Source: Filifactor alocis ATCC 35896 (lineage in GTDB: Bacteria; Bacillota; Clostridia; Peptostreptococcales; Filifactoraceae). From it: 32,000 bases of DNA. A model generated the notes under the pieces. The model saw nothing but the letters and a program-made list of their open reading frames with translations, was not told where the DNA came from and searched no databases. The position numbers and the translations under genes were made by a program. Position 1 is the first letter of the stretch. Every line of letters begins with the position of its first letter. The DNA is taken from assembly GCF_000163895.2 (NCBI RefSeq), contig NC_016630.1:1597628-1629627 (forward strand). The letters run 5' to 3'. Below are positions 7,702 to 17,082 of the stretch, one piece after another.

Positions 7702-8421
7702 TTATTCTTCTTCACAAAAAAGTTGATGTAACATCTGTTTGCGATTGTTGATAAACAGTTTGGTAACCTGATAACTGTCTGTTTCTTCATAGTTGCACAG
7801 AGAAATCATCCCCTTATCAAAGGTAAATATTTCCGCATCCGGCATTCCCAATAAAATCGGAGAATGTGTAACAATAATAAACTGCGACCCTTCCTGAATA
7901 CATCGATAGATCTCTAACAAGAGTGTCAACTGTCTCTGAGGGGAAAGTGCTGATTCCGGTTCATCCAAAAGATATAATCCGTTCGGACGAAATTGAGTTT
8001 GTACCACTGACAAAAAAGCCTCTCCATGAGATTTTTCATGAAATCGGCGGGAAGGATGTGCATCATCTGCATATTTTTGTTCCTGTGTCGCCACATTATA
8101 AAAGCTCTCCGCACGAAGAAAATATCCTCCATTCACTTTTCGAGTTCCTCTTGACAATCGAATATAGTTATTCAAATCCGAGTGAGAATCGAATGTTGAA
8201 AATGCATAATTTTTGGTTCCGCCTTCTGCATTGAACCCCCAAGAAATGGCAATCGCTTCTAACAGCGTTGATTTTCCACTGCCGTTTTCTCCTACAAAAA
8301 AAGTCACCGGTTTTTGAAATGACAGCTTTTCTACATTTTGGAATGCAGCAATATCACGCAGGTAACTGTCTTCAGGAATTTCTTCCCAATCAATATACAC
8401 ATAGTGTATAAAATTATCCAT
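7702..8421 (-). CDS. Stand-alone ABC/RecF-like AAA ATPase (239 aa), no membrane or nuclease domain
   Basis: Walker A GENGSGKST, Q-loop-like region, Walker B LYLLDEPESALS and H-loop VTHSP. The ATG at 8421 (M10 of the track ORF) has GGAGGAG 7 nt upstream. Confidence 0.85.
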   Translation of the reverse strand: MDNFIHYVYIDWEEIPEDSYLRDIAAFQNVEKLSFQKPVTFFVGENGSGKSTLLEAIAISWGFNAEGGTKNYAFSTFDSHSDLNNYIRLSRGTRKVNGGYFLRAESFYNVATQEQKYADDAHPSRRFHEKSHGEAFLSVVQTQFRPNGLYLLDEPESALSPQRQLTLLLEIYRCIQEGSQFIIVTHSPILLGMPDAEIFTFDKGMISLCNYEETDSYQVTKLFINNRKQMLHQLFCEEE

Positions 8422-8475
8422 GACAATACTCCTCCGTTCTCTTGCCAAACTTACATTATTTTCTTAGTTTTTATC

Positions 8476-8504
8476 AGTATACTGTGAAACTATCTTTCTT
8501 TCAA
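8476..8504 (-). promoter_or_regulatory. Sigma-70/SigA-type promoter for the ATPase-GNAT unit
   Basis: Minus strand: TTGAAA (8504-8499), 17-nt spacer, TATACT (8481-8476). Confidence 0.5.
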
Positions 8505-8519
8505 GGAAGAATCGGTTAC

Positions 8520-8560
8520 AAAAAAATCTGTAGAAAAATTTGTTCCATTCTTCTACAGAT
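8520..8560 (-). terminator. Rho-independent terminator after the tagO-like gene
   Basis: A perfect 10-bp stem ATCTGTAGAA/TTCTACAGAT is followed on the minus strand by TTTTTTTG. Confidence 0.8.
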
Positions 8561-8612
8561 TTTGTGTTTATTGTTACATTTGTTTTGAATTATTTTTTAT
8601 CGGTAATATGGG

Positions 8613-9653
8613 TTACTTTTCTACATCATGTTGATCATGGTGCAAAATTTTCAATCGATAGACACTATAGCCTATGAACATAAAGTCCACAATGATGATA
8701 AGAATTCCATAAATTACTTTCATATGCGTAATCAACACCGCACTTGCACCCAAGATGGCACTTGCTGCGTACAATACCAGCACCGTTTGTCTTTGACTGA
8801 GACCTTTTGCCAACAGTCTATGGTGTAAATGTCCTTTGTCCGCTTGCATAATCGGTTTGCCTGCCAACTTTCGGCGGATAATCGCAAACGCCGTATCAAA
8901 AATCGGAACCGCTAATGCCAAAACAGGAACGATGACTGCAATCAATGTTGTACTCTTTACTGTTCCCTCAATTGCCATAACAGACAAAATAAAACCTAAG
9001 AACAAGGAACCTGTATCTCCCATAAAAATCTTTGCCGGATTGAAGTTGTGTGGCAAAAATCCGATGCTTGCACCCGCTAAACAAAAGAAGATGGTCGCAT
9101 AGTTATAGTATCCGTGAATAAGCGAAACCGTTGCCAAGGTAAAAGCCGCAATGGATGAAATTCCGGCAGCCAAACCGTCCAATCCGTCAATCAAATTGAT
9201 ACAGTTCGTCACTCCCACAATCCAAACAATACTGATGGGAACTCCCCAATAGCCGAGCCAAATCAAATGTCCGGTAAAAGGATTTGCAACATAATCAATC
9301 TGCACTCCGCTATATACCACGATTCCCGCACAAATTATTTGAATAATCAATTTCAGTTTTGCACTGAGGTCTCGGGTATCATCAAAGACACCCGTCACTA
9401 ACACAATCGTTGCTGCAAACAGGATAGAGATTAACTCTCTATGCACTCCGCAAAAAATCAATGTACTTACCATAAAAGCTATTGCTATCCCCATTCCTCC
9501 CAATCGCGGAATTGGTTCGGTGTGTACTCTCCGATTATCCTTCGGAACGTCAATTGCACCAATTACATGAGCAAATTTGATTACGAAAGGAATCATCAAA
9601 TAACATACCAAAAAAGCCGTTAAAAAACTTAATAACATTTTTATCGCTATCAA
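8613..9653 (-). CDS. tagO: Glycosyltransferase family 4 (MraY/WecA/TagO-type) undecaprenyl-phosphate GlcNAc-1-phosphate transferase
   Basis: Motifs IPRLGGMGI, NLIDGLDGLAAG and FMGDTGSLFLGF in a protein of about 10 membrane helices. The track start (GTG 9662) overlaps the AGGAG RBS. The TTG at 9653 sits 8 nt downstream of the RBS and is preferred. Confidence 0.88.
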   Translation of the reverse strand: MIAIKMLLSFLTAFLVCYLMIPFVIKFAHVIGAIDVPKDNRRVHTEPIPRLGGMGIAIAFMVSTLIFCGVHRELISILFAATIVLVTGVFDDTRDLSAKLKLIIQIICAGIVVYSGVQIDYVANPFTGHLIWLGYWGVPISIVWIVGVTNCINLIDGLDGLAAGISSIAAFTLATVSLIHGYYNYATIFFCLAGASIGFLPHNFNPAKIFMGDTGSLFLGFILSVMAIEGTVKSTTLIAVIVPVLALAVPIFDTAFAIIRRKLAGKPIMQADKGHLHHRLLAKGLSQRQTVLVLYAASAILGASAVLITHMKVIYGILIIIVDFMFIGYSVYRLKILHHDQHDVEK

Positions 9654-9889
9654 TATGTTCACTCCTGATTTTCCAAAATAAATGAGATTTTTCTTTTCTT
9701 GATTTTTCTTTATTGTTGCCTTATCTAAAAACTGTTTGCCATTCCATCATTCTTTGATATTTACCGTGTCATCTGTCCTTAGATGATACATCATGCTCAA
9801 TTTCTCTAACATTCGTTCCAAATCCAAATGAACGAACCGCAAACGGAACCATTCTATTCCGTCCTTATTCTCAGTTAGGCGACACCATC

Positions 9890-9917
9890 ATTATATCACA
9901 ATATCATAAAATCTCAA
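9890..9917 (-). promoter_or_regulatory. Promoter upstream of the tagO-like gene
   Basis: Minus strand: TTGAGA (9917-9912), 16-nt spacer, TGaTATAAT extended -10 (TATAAT at 9895-9890). This implies a 5' UTR of about 230 nt. Confidence 0.55.
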
Positions 9918-9977
9918 GATTGGATAAATTTTTATATTCGCATTTCTAATAAGACGCACATTTCATACTATATTCTT

Positions 9978-12900
9978 TTAATACATCAGTGAAAGTGTGC
10001 TTCCTCTTTCTTTTTCATATGTGACAATAATTTTATTCGGAATCGTGGATTTCAGTTCTTCTACATGAGAAATAATACCAATCATCCGATTTCTTCCCGC
10101 AAGCTCTAAGAGACAATCTACCGCACTCTGTAATCTGTCCTGATCCAATGTTCCGAATCCCTCATCAATAAACAAGGTATCAATTTCAATCTGACCAGCC
10201 GTATTCATAATGGCATCCGACAATCCGAGCGCCAACGCAAGCGATGCCAAAAAGCTTTCTCCGCCCGACAGCATTGCCGTACTGCGTTTTTTTCCTACAT
10301 TGGTATCCAAAATTTCTAATTCCAATCCTCTGTTTTTTCCTCCGCCCTTGAAGTTATCCTCTTTGCGATATAGGGTATACTGACCGTCTGTCATCTTATA
10401 TAATCTCTGATTCGCATACATCAGCACTTCTTCAAAGAAATACATCAAAACATAGGTTTCAAGAGTAGCTTTCATCGGATTTTCTCCGCTGCACAGTTGA
10501 TATAACTTGGCAAGATTCATTCTTTTTAGTGCATATTCCTCTTCATGTGATAACACTTCACGAATCTTGTTCTCAAGCATGTGAACGGATTTATACTGCT
10601 GTTGCAGCTTCTCTTTCGTATTCTGTAATTCCTTACGCACTTCTTCCAGAGAATATATCTCTTTTTCCAACGGTTGAATATCGATTGCGGTTTTGCTTTC
10701 CAAAGTCTGTTCCAAGGTCTTGACTTCCACACTTAATACACGGTACTCTTCCAAAAACTCTTCCACCTGTTTCTTTTCCTGTTCCAAGACGGATTCTTCC
10801 ATGCAGTTGTTGCGATAGGTTTCCATATCGGAAAATTCCTGTGTTATCTTTCTTTCCCAGTCCTGTTTTTCTGCACGATATCGGCTTGTCTCCTCTTTTT
10901 GATACTGTTTCCATTCCGATACTTTCGTACTGATTTTGGAATAAGCGTCTACACTTTTTTGTAATTCCGTTCGAACTTTCTCTATGGTTTCATGTATCTG
11001 CTTCTTTTCTTTCATCAAAGTTTGTCTTTGCGACTTCAACTGTTGTTCATCAATGCCTTTCAGCTTTTCTTCCAACTCCGTTTTCAACCGTGTACTGTGT
11101 TCTGATGCTACAGATAATTTTTCTGCCTGAATCATGATGTTCTGCATCTTTTCTTGCCATCGTTCCACCTGTTCTCGCTCATTCTTTTCAAGCTCTCTTT
11201 TTCTCTTGTACTCTTTACACTCTGCTTGCAACCGCACTTGTGTCTGCTCTAAGTTCTTTTTCCTGTCTGCACAAGACTTTCCGCATTCTTCATAAAAAAC
11301 AAGTTCCTCTGAAGTACCGCTGAATTCTCGAACCTGAAAAGCAGATGTCTCTTGTAACTGTAAAATCTGCTCCCTTGAAGAAAGAATCGCATCCTCCAGA
11401 TGTTTTTTCTCCGTTTGTTGTCTGACCGCCGTCTCCTGTATCTCTTTGAGCTGTTCTTCCAAAGAGATTATCTCCTCTTTCGTAACAGAAGTCACTTCAT
11501 GAATCGGATGAGGATGATGAATCGAACCGCAAAGCGGACATGCTGTTCCCTCTTCCAAATCTCTTGCATACACTGTCAAAAGAGATTGCTCAAACTCTTT
11601 TTTCGCATCTTGCACTTTTTGATATAACAAAACTGAATTCTGTTGGTTGGTACCAAGACTTTTTTGTAACAAGGAGAGGTCCTGCTCAAATTTTTCCATC
11701 TTTTTCAACTCTCGATAAATCAAGCGATATTTATCCAATTCCCACTCTGTTTTGCTTAACTCTTTTTCTGTCTGCAACAACTCTTCTTGCGATTTTTCAA
11801 ACTTTTCTCCGATTTTTTCAAGCGAACGCAATACTTCTTCACACTCTTTCAGAGAAGTCTGTATCTTGATTTTTTCTTGCTCCAACTTCCTTTTCTGTAC
11901 TTCAAACTCTTTTTCCTGATGTAAAACCTCCTGCAATCTGCCATACTGCTCTTCTTTTTGATTCCATTCCTCTAATTCTTTGACCTTTTTTTCTTCCTCT
12001 TCACTCAAATAAGGAATTTTCTCCGCCTCTTTTTTCGCAGCAACACTTTTTTCTTCCCACTCTTTTTCTTGTTGAATCAACTGTTCCAATTCTTCATTTC
12101 TCTTTTGAATCCTATCTGAAACGGATTCCAATCGAACTTCTTCCTTGTAGAAAGAGAGTGCCTTTTCCGCCTGAATACAAGCCTCTTTTCTCTTTTTCAT
12201 CTCCTGTTCGAGGGGAATGAGTTTTCCCAATTCCTCCTGTTTCTGTTGAAATTGAGATAGCTGCGCATTGTGTCGATTCGCCATTGAAATTTGATTTTTA
12301 CAGTTTTGATACTGTTGTTCAAATTTTTTCAAGGACTCTTCTATCTCTTCGGTTTCCTTCCTGTTTTTTTCTTGTTCCTGCACCATGTTTTCTAATGCTT
12401 TGAGATAAAATGCCGGTTCCAAGCTATTGTCATTCAAAAATTCCTGAATACATGCACTCTCTTCCAAATCCAAAATAGAAACCAAGGCATTTACTTCATC
12501 TTTCATCTTTTCAAACTTCTTTTGAATCATAGAATATTTCTGTTTCACTTGTTCCAAAAATCTTTGATATGGCACAGTATCAAAAATTTTTCGCAAAATT
12601 TCTTCTTTTTCCTTTGACGATGCACTCAAAAATTTGCGAAACTCTCCCTGAGGCAACATCACAATTTTGGTAAACTGATCCCATGTCAAACCGGTCAGTT
12701 CCACAATTTTTTCATCAACCTCTCTCTTGGAAGTCATCACCTCGTTGCCGAGATACAATTCCACCTCTTCCGAAACGGTGTCGATTTTTCCGCGCGGTCT
12801 CTTCATCACCTGCCTCGGCTCTCGACGAATCCGAATCCTTTCTCCGTTCTCTTGGAATTCAAACTCTACAAAAGTTTTATCATCCTCCGGCGAAAGATAC

Positions 12901-13109
12901 TGTGAACGCAGTTCTTCTCCTTCCCCACGATTTTGGCTGCTGATTTTGCCATAGAGTGCAAAACAAATTGCATCAAAAATCGTCGTCTTACCTGAACCGG
13001 TCGCACCGGAAACAATAAACAGAGAGCCTTGCTCAAACTTCGTAAAATCAATTGTTTGTGTATCTCGATAAGTGATAAATCCGGAAAGTGTCAGTTTAAT
13101 TGGTTTCAT
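9978..13109 (-). CDS. sbcC: SbcC / Rad50-like double-strand-break repair ATPase
   Basis: Walker A GATGSGKTT at the N-terminus, a coiled coil of about 700 aa with a central CPLCGS zinc hook, then LSGGESF signature and LFIDEGFG Walker B at the C-terminus. It overlaps the sbcD stop by 14 nt. Confidence 0.95.
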   Translation of the reverse strand: MKPIKLTLSGFITYRDTQTIDFTKFEQGSLFIVSGATGSGKTTIFDAICFALYGKISSQNRGEGEELRSQYLSPEDDKTFVEFEFQENGERIRIRREPRQVMKRPRGKIDTVSEEVELYLGNEVMTSKREVDEKIVELTGLTWDQFTKIVMLPQGEFRKFLSASSKEKEEILRKIFDTVPYQRFLEQVKQKYSMIQKKFEKMKDEVNALVSILDLEESACIQEFLNDNSLEPAFYLKALENMVQEQEKNRKETEEIEESLKKFEQQYQNCKNQISMANRHNAQLSQFQQKQEELGKLIPLEQEMKKRKEACIQAEKALSFYKEEVRLESVSDRIQKRNEELEQLIQQEKEWEEKSVAAKKEAEKIPYLSEEEEKKVKELEEWNQKEEQYGRLQEVLHQEKEFEVQKRKLEQEKIKIQTSLKECEEVLRSLEKIGEKFEKSQEELLQTEKELSKTEWELDKYRLIYRELKKMEKFEQDLSLLQKSLGTNQQNSVLLYQKVQDAKKEFEQSLLTVYARDLEEGTACPLCGSIHHPHPIHEVTSVTKEEIISLEEQLKEIQETAVRQQTEKKHLEDAILSSREQILQLQETSAFQVREFSGTSEELVFYEECGKSCADRKKNLEQTQVRLQAECKEYKRKRELEKNEREQVERWQEKMQNIMIQAEKLSVASEHSTRLKTELEEKLKGIDEQQLKSQRQTLMKEKKQIHETIEKVRTELQKSVDAYSKISTKVSEWKQYQKEETSRYRAEKQDWERKITQEFSDMETYRNNCMEESVLEQEKKQVEEFLEEYRVLSVEVKTLEQTLESKTAIDIQPLEKEIYSLEEVRKELQNTKEKLQQQYKSVHMLENKIREVLSHEEEYALKRMNLAKLYQLCSGENPMKATLETYVLMYFFEEVLMYANQRLYKMTDGQYTLYRKEDNFKGGGKNRGLELEILDTNVGKKRSTAMLSGGESFLASLALALGLSDAIMNTAGQIEIDTLFIDEGFGTLDQDRLQSAVDCLLELAGRNRMIGIISHVEELKSTIPNKIIVTYEKERGSTLSLMY

Positions 13110-14259
13110 CTTCTTCTCCCCCTAATTCCTTTAGAATCTCCGATACCTCTTCTTTCAGAGCGACGCTCATCTCTTCTTCATAATTCTCTTGATAAAACAG
13201 CTCCGCCATTTCCGAAACAGTATGCTTTCTATCTGCTGTCTTCGATAGAATCTGAGAAATTTCTTTCTCCCGAAACACATAACGAAGTTCCATTGCATTC
13301 GGATAGTATTGTTTCAATCTGCCCATTGCATCCGGCACCATGTCTTCATCTTCCAAAATAAATCTCACAAAATCCTCTCGATGCAAGTCTTCCAATGCCT
13401 GTTCCATAATATCTTCAAACCGTCCCTCAATGGTACGAACATTTTTTTCCAACTCGACAGGAACTTCTTCCATAACGACACTCCCGTCCCCTTTGAGGTC
13501 AACCAACAAAATAACCTTTTGATGCTTTTCTTCCGAAAAAGAATACTTCAACAATGTTCCCGGATAATGCACCTTATCCGTTCCGACTTTCTGTCTGCGA
13601 TGCAAGTGTCCAAGCGCCGTATAATCAAACTTGTCAAAACACTTGGCATCCACAAATTCTTTTCCCCCGATAGAAAGCGGTTTTTGAGAATCAATCTTTT
13701 CTTCCTCATGCTCCTCCGATTCGGAAACGGCATAGCAATGCGCCAACACGACACTCCTGATTCCCTTGCGTAACACAATATGTTCTACCGTTTTTTTCAT
13801 CGCATCGTCAAAACTTCGAATCTCGTCATCTTCCAACAAAGCTCTGACCTGTGCAACATCTGCAAACGGAATCAGATAAAAATCCACCTCCCCGTCATCA
13901 TCTTCTATGGTCACTCTCTTCGTTTCCTTCTTAAAAATTCCCTCAACATAGTAATGAACCTGCTCCATCAATGCATTTCCCGCCTCAAGTCGCTCTGCGG
14001 AATCATGGTTTCCCGAAATTGCCAATACGGGAATATTTCTGTCAATCAGAACCTTCCGCAAAAACTGGTTGTACAACAACATCGCCTCTTTCGGCGGAAT
14101 ACTTCTATCATAAATATCTCCCGAGATAACAACTACCTCCGCTTTTTTCTCATCAATGACGGACAACACCTGTTTCAATACCTTCTCTTGTTCTCCAAGT
14201 AAGGAATATCCGTTCAATAACTTTCCGATATGTAAATCTGCTAAATGAAGTATTTTCAT
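13096..14259 (-). CDS. sbcD: SbcD / Mre11-like nuclease subunit
   Basis: Calcineurin-like phosphoesterase motifs HLADLHIG, GDIYD, GNHD and GHLH. GGAG RBS 7 nt upstream. Operonic with sbcC. Confidence 0.95.
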   Translation of the reverse strand: MKILHLADLHIGKLLNGYSLLGEQEKVLKQVLSVIDEKKAEVVVISGDIYDRSIPPKEAMLLYNQFLRKVLIDRNIPVLAISGNHDSAERLEAGNALMEQVHYYVEGIFKKETKRVTIEDDDGEVDFYLIPFADVAQVRALLEDDEIRSFDDAMKKTVEHIVLRKGIRSVVLAHCYAVSESEEHEEEKIDSQKPLSIGGKEFVDAKCFDKFDYTALGHLHRRQKVGTDKVHYPGTLLKYSFSEEKHQKVILLVDLKGDGSVVMEEVPVELEKNVRTIEGRFEDIMEQALEDLHREDFVRFILEDEDMVPDAMGRLKQYYPNAMELRYVFREKEISQILSKTADRKHTVSEMAELFYQENYEEEMSVALKEEVSEILKELGGEEDETN

Positions 14260-14824
14260 CTTATCGCTCCTCTGTATTTGCCGAAATATTTGCCGAAACC
14301 GTAGATGTCCAAAAAAGCTTTCTCTATCGTTCCAATCCCGATATCTCTTCCATCTTTGAAGAAAATGGAATCGAGCATCAGGCGAAGAAAATCAAACCGT
14401 GCATCAAGTTCAGTTCACTCTTAGCACCTCTTCTTTAGAGTTCTTTCCTCACATTTTTTTCATCATACCATTTTTTAGTTCATTTTTCCATTCTTACATC
14501 CGTTTCTCATCAGATTCACATCTCCAAAACCCGTTCCTCTATTTCATATATAATATTTTTTCAATCAGGTTTTCGTAGCAATCATGGTTTTGTATGATAA
14601 AATAATCTTTTTTTGACAAAATGATGATTATAGAACGAAAGGATATCTTCCTTACCACCTGTTAAGAAAAATATCCTTCTCTGTTGTTCTTTATTTCTAT
14701 GTTACTTCTATTTGTTCTATGAATCACTGATTGCGGTTATCACAAAAATCCGCTTTTTAAATACTGTTGTTTTGTATTCCTTTCATCATATCGCTATCCT
14801 TTGAACAATCGTGTTTCGTATTCC

Positions 14825-16015
14825 TTATTGTTCGTCCGCTACAATGACTTCGTATCCGCTCTTCTTGAAATTCGCAACTTCTTTTCCGATTCGATTCGAT
14901 TTTATTTTGTAGATGGAAGCAATATTTCCCTGTTCGATTTTTTCGTTTGCAATCGTAAGCGCTTTTTCATAGAACGAATCCTCCGCAAACAAAATCGCAT
15001 AGGTTTCTCTCTCTTCCGGAACGACAAAATTTTGATCTTTCAAAATACCGATAATTCTCTCAAATCCAATCGAAAAACCTACCGCCGGAATACTCTCTTT
15101 GCTGAACTTATTCAAAAGTCCGTCATATCTTCCTCCGCCGGCAACAGCTCCTCCAAACTTTGGAGTTTCGATTTCAAAAATCGGTCCCGTATAGTATCCC
15201 ATTCCTCTTACCAATGTGGCATCAAATTGAATCGGATAATACTTGGATATGATGGATGTCAGAAGTTTCAAATCTTCTGCATATGGAGTTGTCAACTGTT
15301 CCAACGGTGTTGTTAAGTTTTCTAAAAAGCGTTTTATCGTTTCTTCCGCATAGCCTTTTTCTAACAGTTCTTTTACAACGCCTTCTTCACCAATCTTGTC
15401 TTTCTTGTCTGCCGTGATACAAACCGTCTCAAAATCTTCTTCTGCAAACCCTGCATCTATCACTAAGTCTTTGAGAATTCGTCGATCATTGAGTTTGATC
15501 ACAAAGTCTTTGAATCCGATGTTGTACAATGCTTTCGGAACGGTCAACATCAAGTCAATCTCTGCATAAATACCGGAATCTCCGAGTGTATCAATATCAC
15601 ATTGCACAAACTGGCGATATCTTCCTTTTTGGTTTCTTTCCGCACGAAATACATTCCCTATTTGAAATGCCTTGAACGGTTTGGTCAATTCGTTCATATT
15701 ATTCGCATAAAAACGACTCAACGGCAAGGTCAAATCAAATCGAAGCCCCAAATCGCTCAAATCATTCTCGGTCTGTGCTTTTGACCAATCTAATTTTTCT
15801 CCTCTTTTCAAGACTTTGAATATCATACGAAGGTTCTCTCCACCTTCACTGTTCGTCAAGTTGTCCAAGTTCTCAAGCATCGGCGTTTCAATCTGTGTAT
15901 ATCCTCTTGAAGTATATGCCTCTATGATTTTTTTTGTTACCCAATTTCTCAATTTCATATCTTGGGGCAAAAGATCCTGTGTTCCTTTTGCAGGCTTTGA
16001 TGATAATTTTTGCAC
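14825..16015 (-). CDS. hisS: Histidine--tRNA ligase
   Basis: GTQDLLP N-terminus, class II motif 2 FRAERNQKGRYRQFVQCD, motif 3 region GGGRYDGL...PAVGFSIGFERI and a C-terminal anticodon-binding-like domain. I prefer the GTG at 16015, with AGGAGG exactly 8 nt upstream, over the track ATG at 16048. Confidence 0.88.
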   Translation of the reverse strand: MQKLSSKPAKGTQDLLPQDMKLRNWVTKKIIEAYTSRGYTQIETPMLENLDNLTNSEGGENLRMIFKVLKRGEKLDWSKAQTENDLSDLGLRFDLTLPLSRFYANNMNELTKPFKAFQIGNVFRAERNQKGRYRQFVQCDIDTLGDSGIYAEIDLMLTVPKALYNIGFKDFVIKLNDRRILKDLVIDAGFAEEDFETVCITADKKDKIGEEGVVKELLEKGYAEETIKRFLENLTTPLEQLTTPYAEDLKLLTSIISKYYPIQFDATLVRGMGYYTGPIFEIETPKFGGAVAGGGRYDGLLNKFSKESIPAVGFSIGFERIIGILKDQNFVVPEERETYAILFAEDSFYEKALTIANEKIEQGNIASIYKIKSNRIGKEVANFKKSGYEVIVADEQ

Positions 16016-16143
16016 GCTACAATCCTCCTGTATCCATCCTGTTTTCAAAAAAACTCTTTCTCAAAGTTTTTGTCTTTTTTACATATCTCTTTCTCGATAG
16101 TATTCTTTCATTCTATAACAATTCGAAGAAACTGTCTATCTTC

Positions 16144-17082
16144 CTAAATTTCCACCATATTCATAAATCCTTCTCCAAGCACTTCCTTGACTTCGGCAAT
16201 CGTGATAAAAGCATCCGGATCAATCGCATAGACAACTTCTCGTAACTTCTGTACCTGTTTCGGTGCTACTACAACATAGAGCAACATTCTGTCTTCTTTG
16301 GTATACATCCCTTTTCCCGGAATTGCAGTATTTCCACGATCGATTTCTTTCATAATCGCAAGAGAAATCTCTTCCCACTTTGGAGAGATAATAAATGCCG
16401 CTCTCCCAAACTTCATCCCGTCAATCATTCCTCCAATCACTTTGGAAGTGATGTATACGGAAACGATTGCGTAAAGACTGTTGTATACACCGAAAATCGT
16501 CATTCCGAACCCTATAATCAATCCGTCGATGATTAACATCAGGCGATTGATGGGAAAACGAGGATTTTTGTATCGGATAATCATCGCGAGCATATCGGAA
16601 CCGCCCGTTGTCCCTCCGCTGCGTAGAACAAGTCCGATACCGACTCCTAAAAACACTCCTCCGAATACTCCCGCAATAAACAAATCTTCTCCGATTGGAA
16701 ACGGATTTACAAACAAACGCAAAAACCAAAGGTGCAGTGATAACAATCCGACAGAAATCATTGAATTTCGTCCGTAAGAGAATCCCCGCTGATACACACT
16801 GATGATAAATAACGGAATATTACACGCAAGTGTTGTCGCCCAAAGAGGAATTCCGAATCCGAAAATTTTTTTTGTTGTTGCTTCTATCGCAATCGCCAAA
16901 CCCGACACTCCGCCGGTCACCAATCCCACGGGAGATAAAAACCATACAATTCCCATTCCCAGTATCATCGTACCGACATAAATTCCAATCAAGCTGTTCA
17001 AAAAGCTCATACCTTTTTTCTTTTTTTTGTTCATTTTTGTTGTTTGTTCCTGTTCCAAATCAAAAAACCTCCTGTTTCTCAT
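16144..17082 (-). CDS. YitT-family membrane protein with C-terminal DUF2179 domain (paralogue 1)
   Basis: TGGVSGLA and GGTTGGSDM repeats of the YitT membrane domain, plus a C-terminal ...ITIAEVKEVLGEGF DUF2179-type end. The start is uncertain. AGGAGG lies inside the track ORF, so the in-frame TTG at 17058 or ATG at 17034 is more likely than 17082. Confidence 0.85.
   Translation of the reverse strand: MRNRRFFDLEQEQTTKMNKKKKKGMSFLNSLIGIYVGTMILGMGIVWFLSPVGLVTGGVSGLAIAIEATTKKIFGFGIPLWATTLACNIPLFIISVYQRGFSYGRNSMISVGLLSLHLWFLRLFVNPFPIGEDLFIAGVFGGVFLGVGIGLVLRSGGTTGGSDMLAMIIRYKNPRFPINRLMLIIDGLIIGFGMTIFGVYNSLYAIVSVYITSKVIGGMIDGMKFGRAAFIISPKWEEISLAIMKEIDRGNTAIPGKGMYTKEDRMLLYVVVAPKQVQKLREVVYAIDPDAFITIAEVKEVLGEGFMNMVEI

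Noticed and set aside
9978-14259. SbcC/SbcD considered as a possible SMC-type defence module (Lamassu- or Wadjet-like).
   Set aside because: The two-gene Mre11/Rad50 architecture, complete phosphoesterase motifs, CxxC zinc hook, overlapping reading frames and absence of any extra partner genes fit the ordinary housekeeping sbcDC operon.
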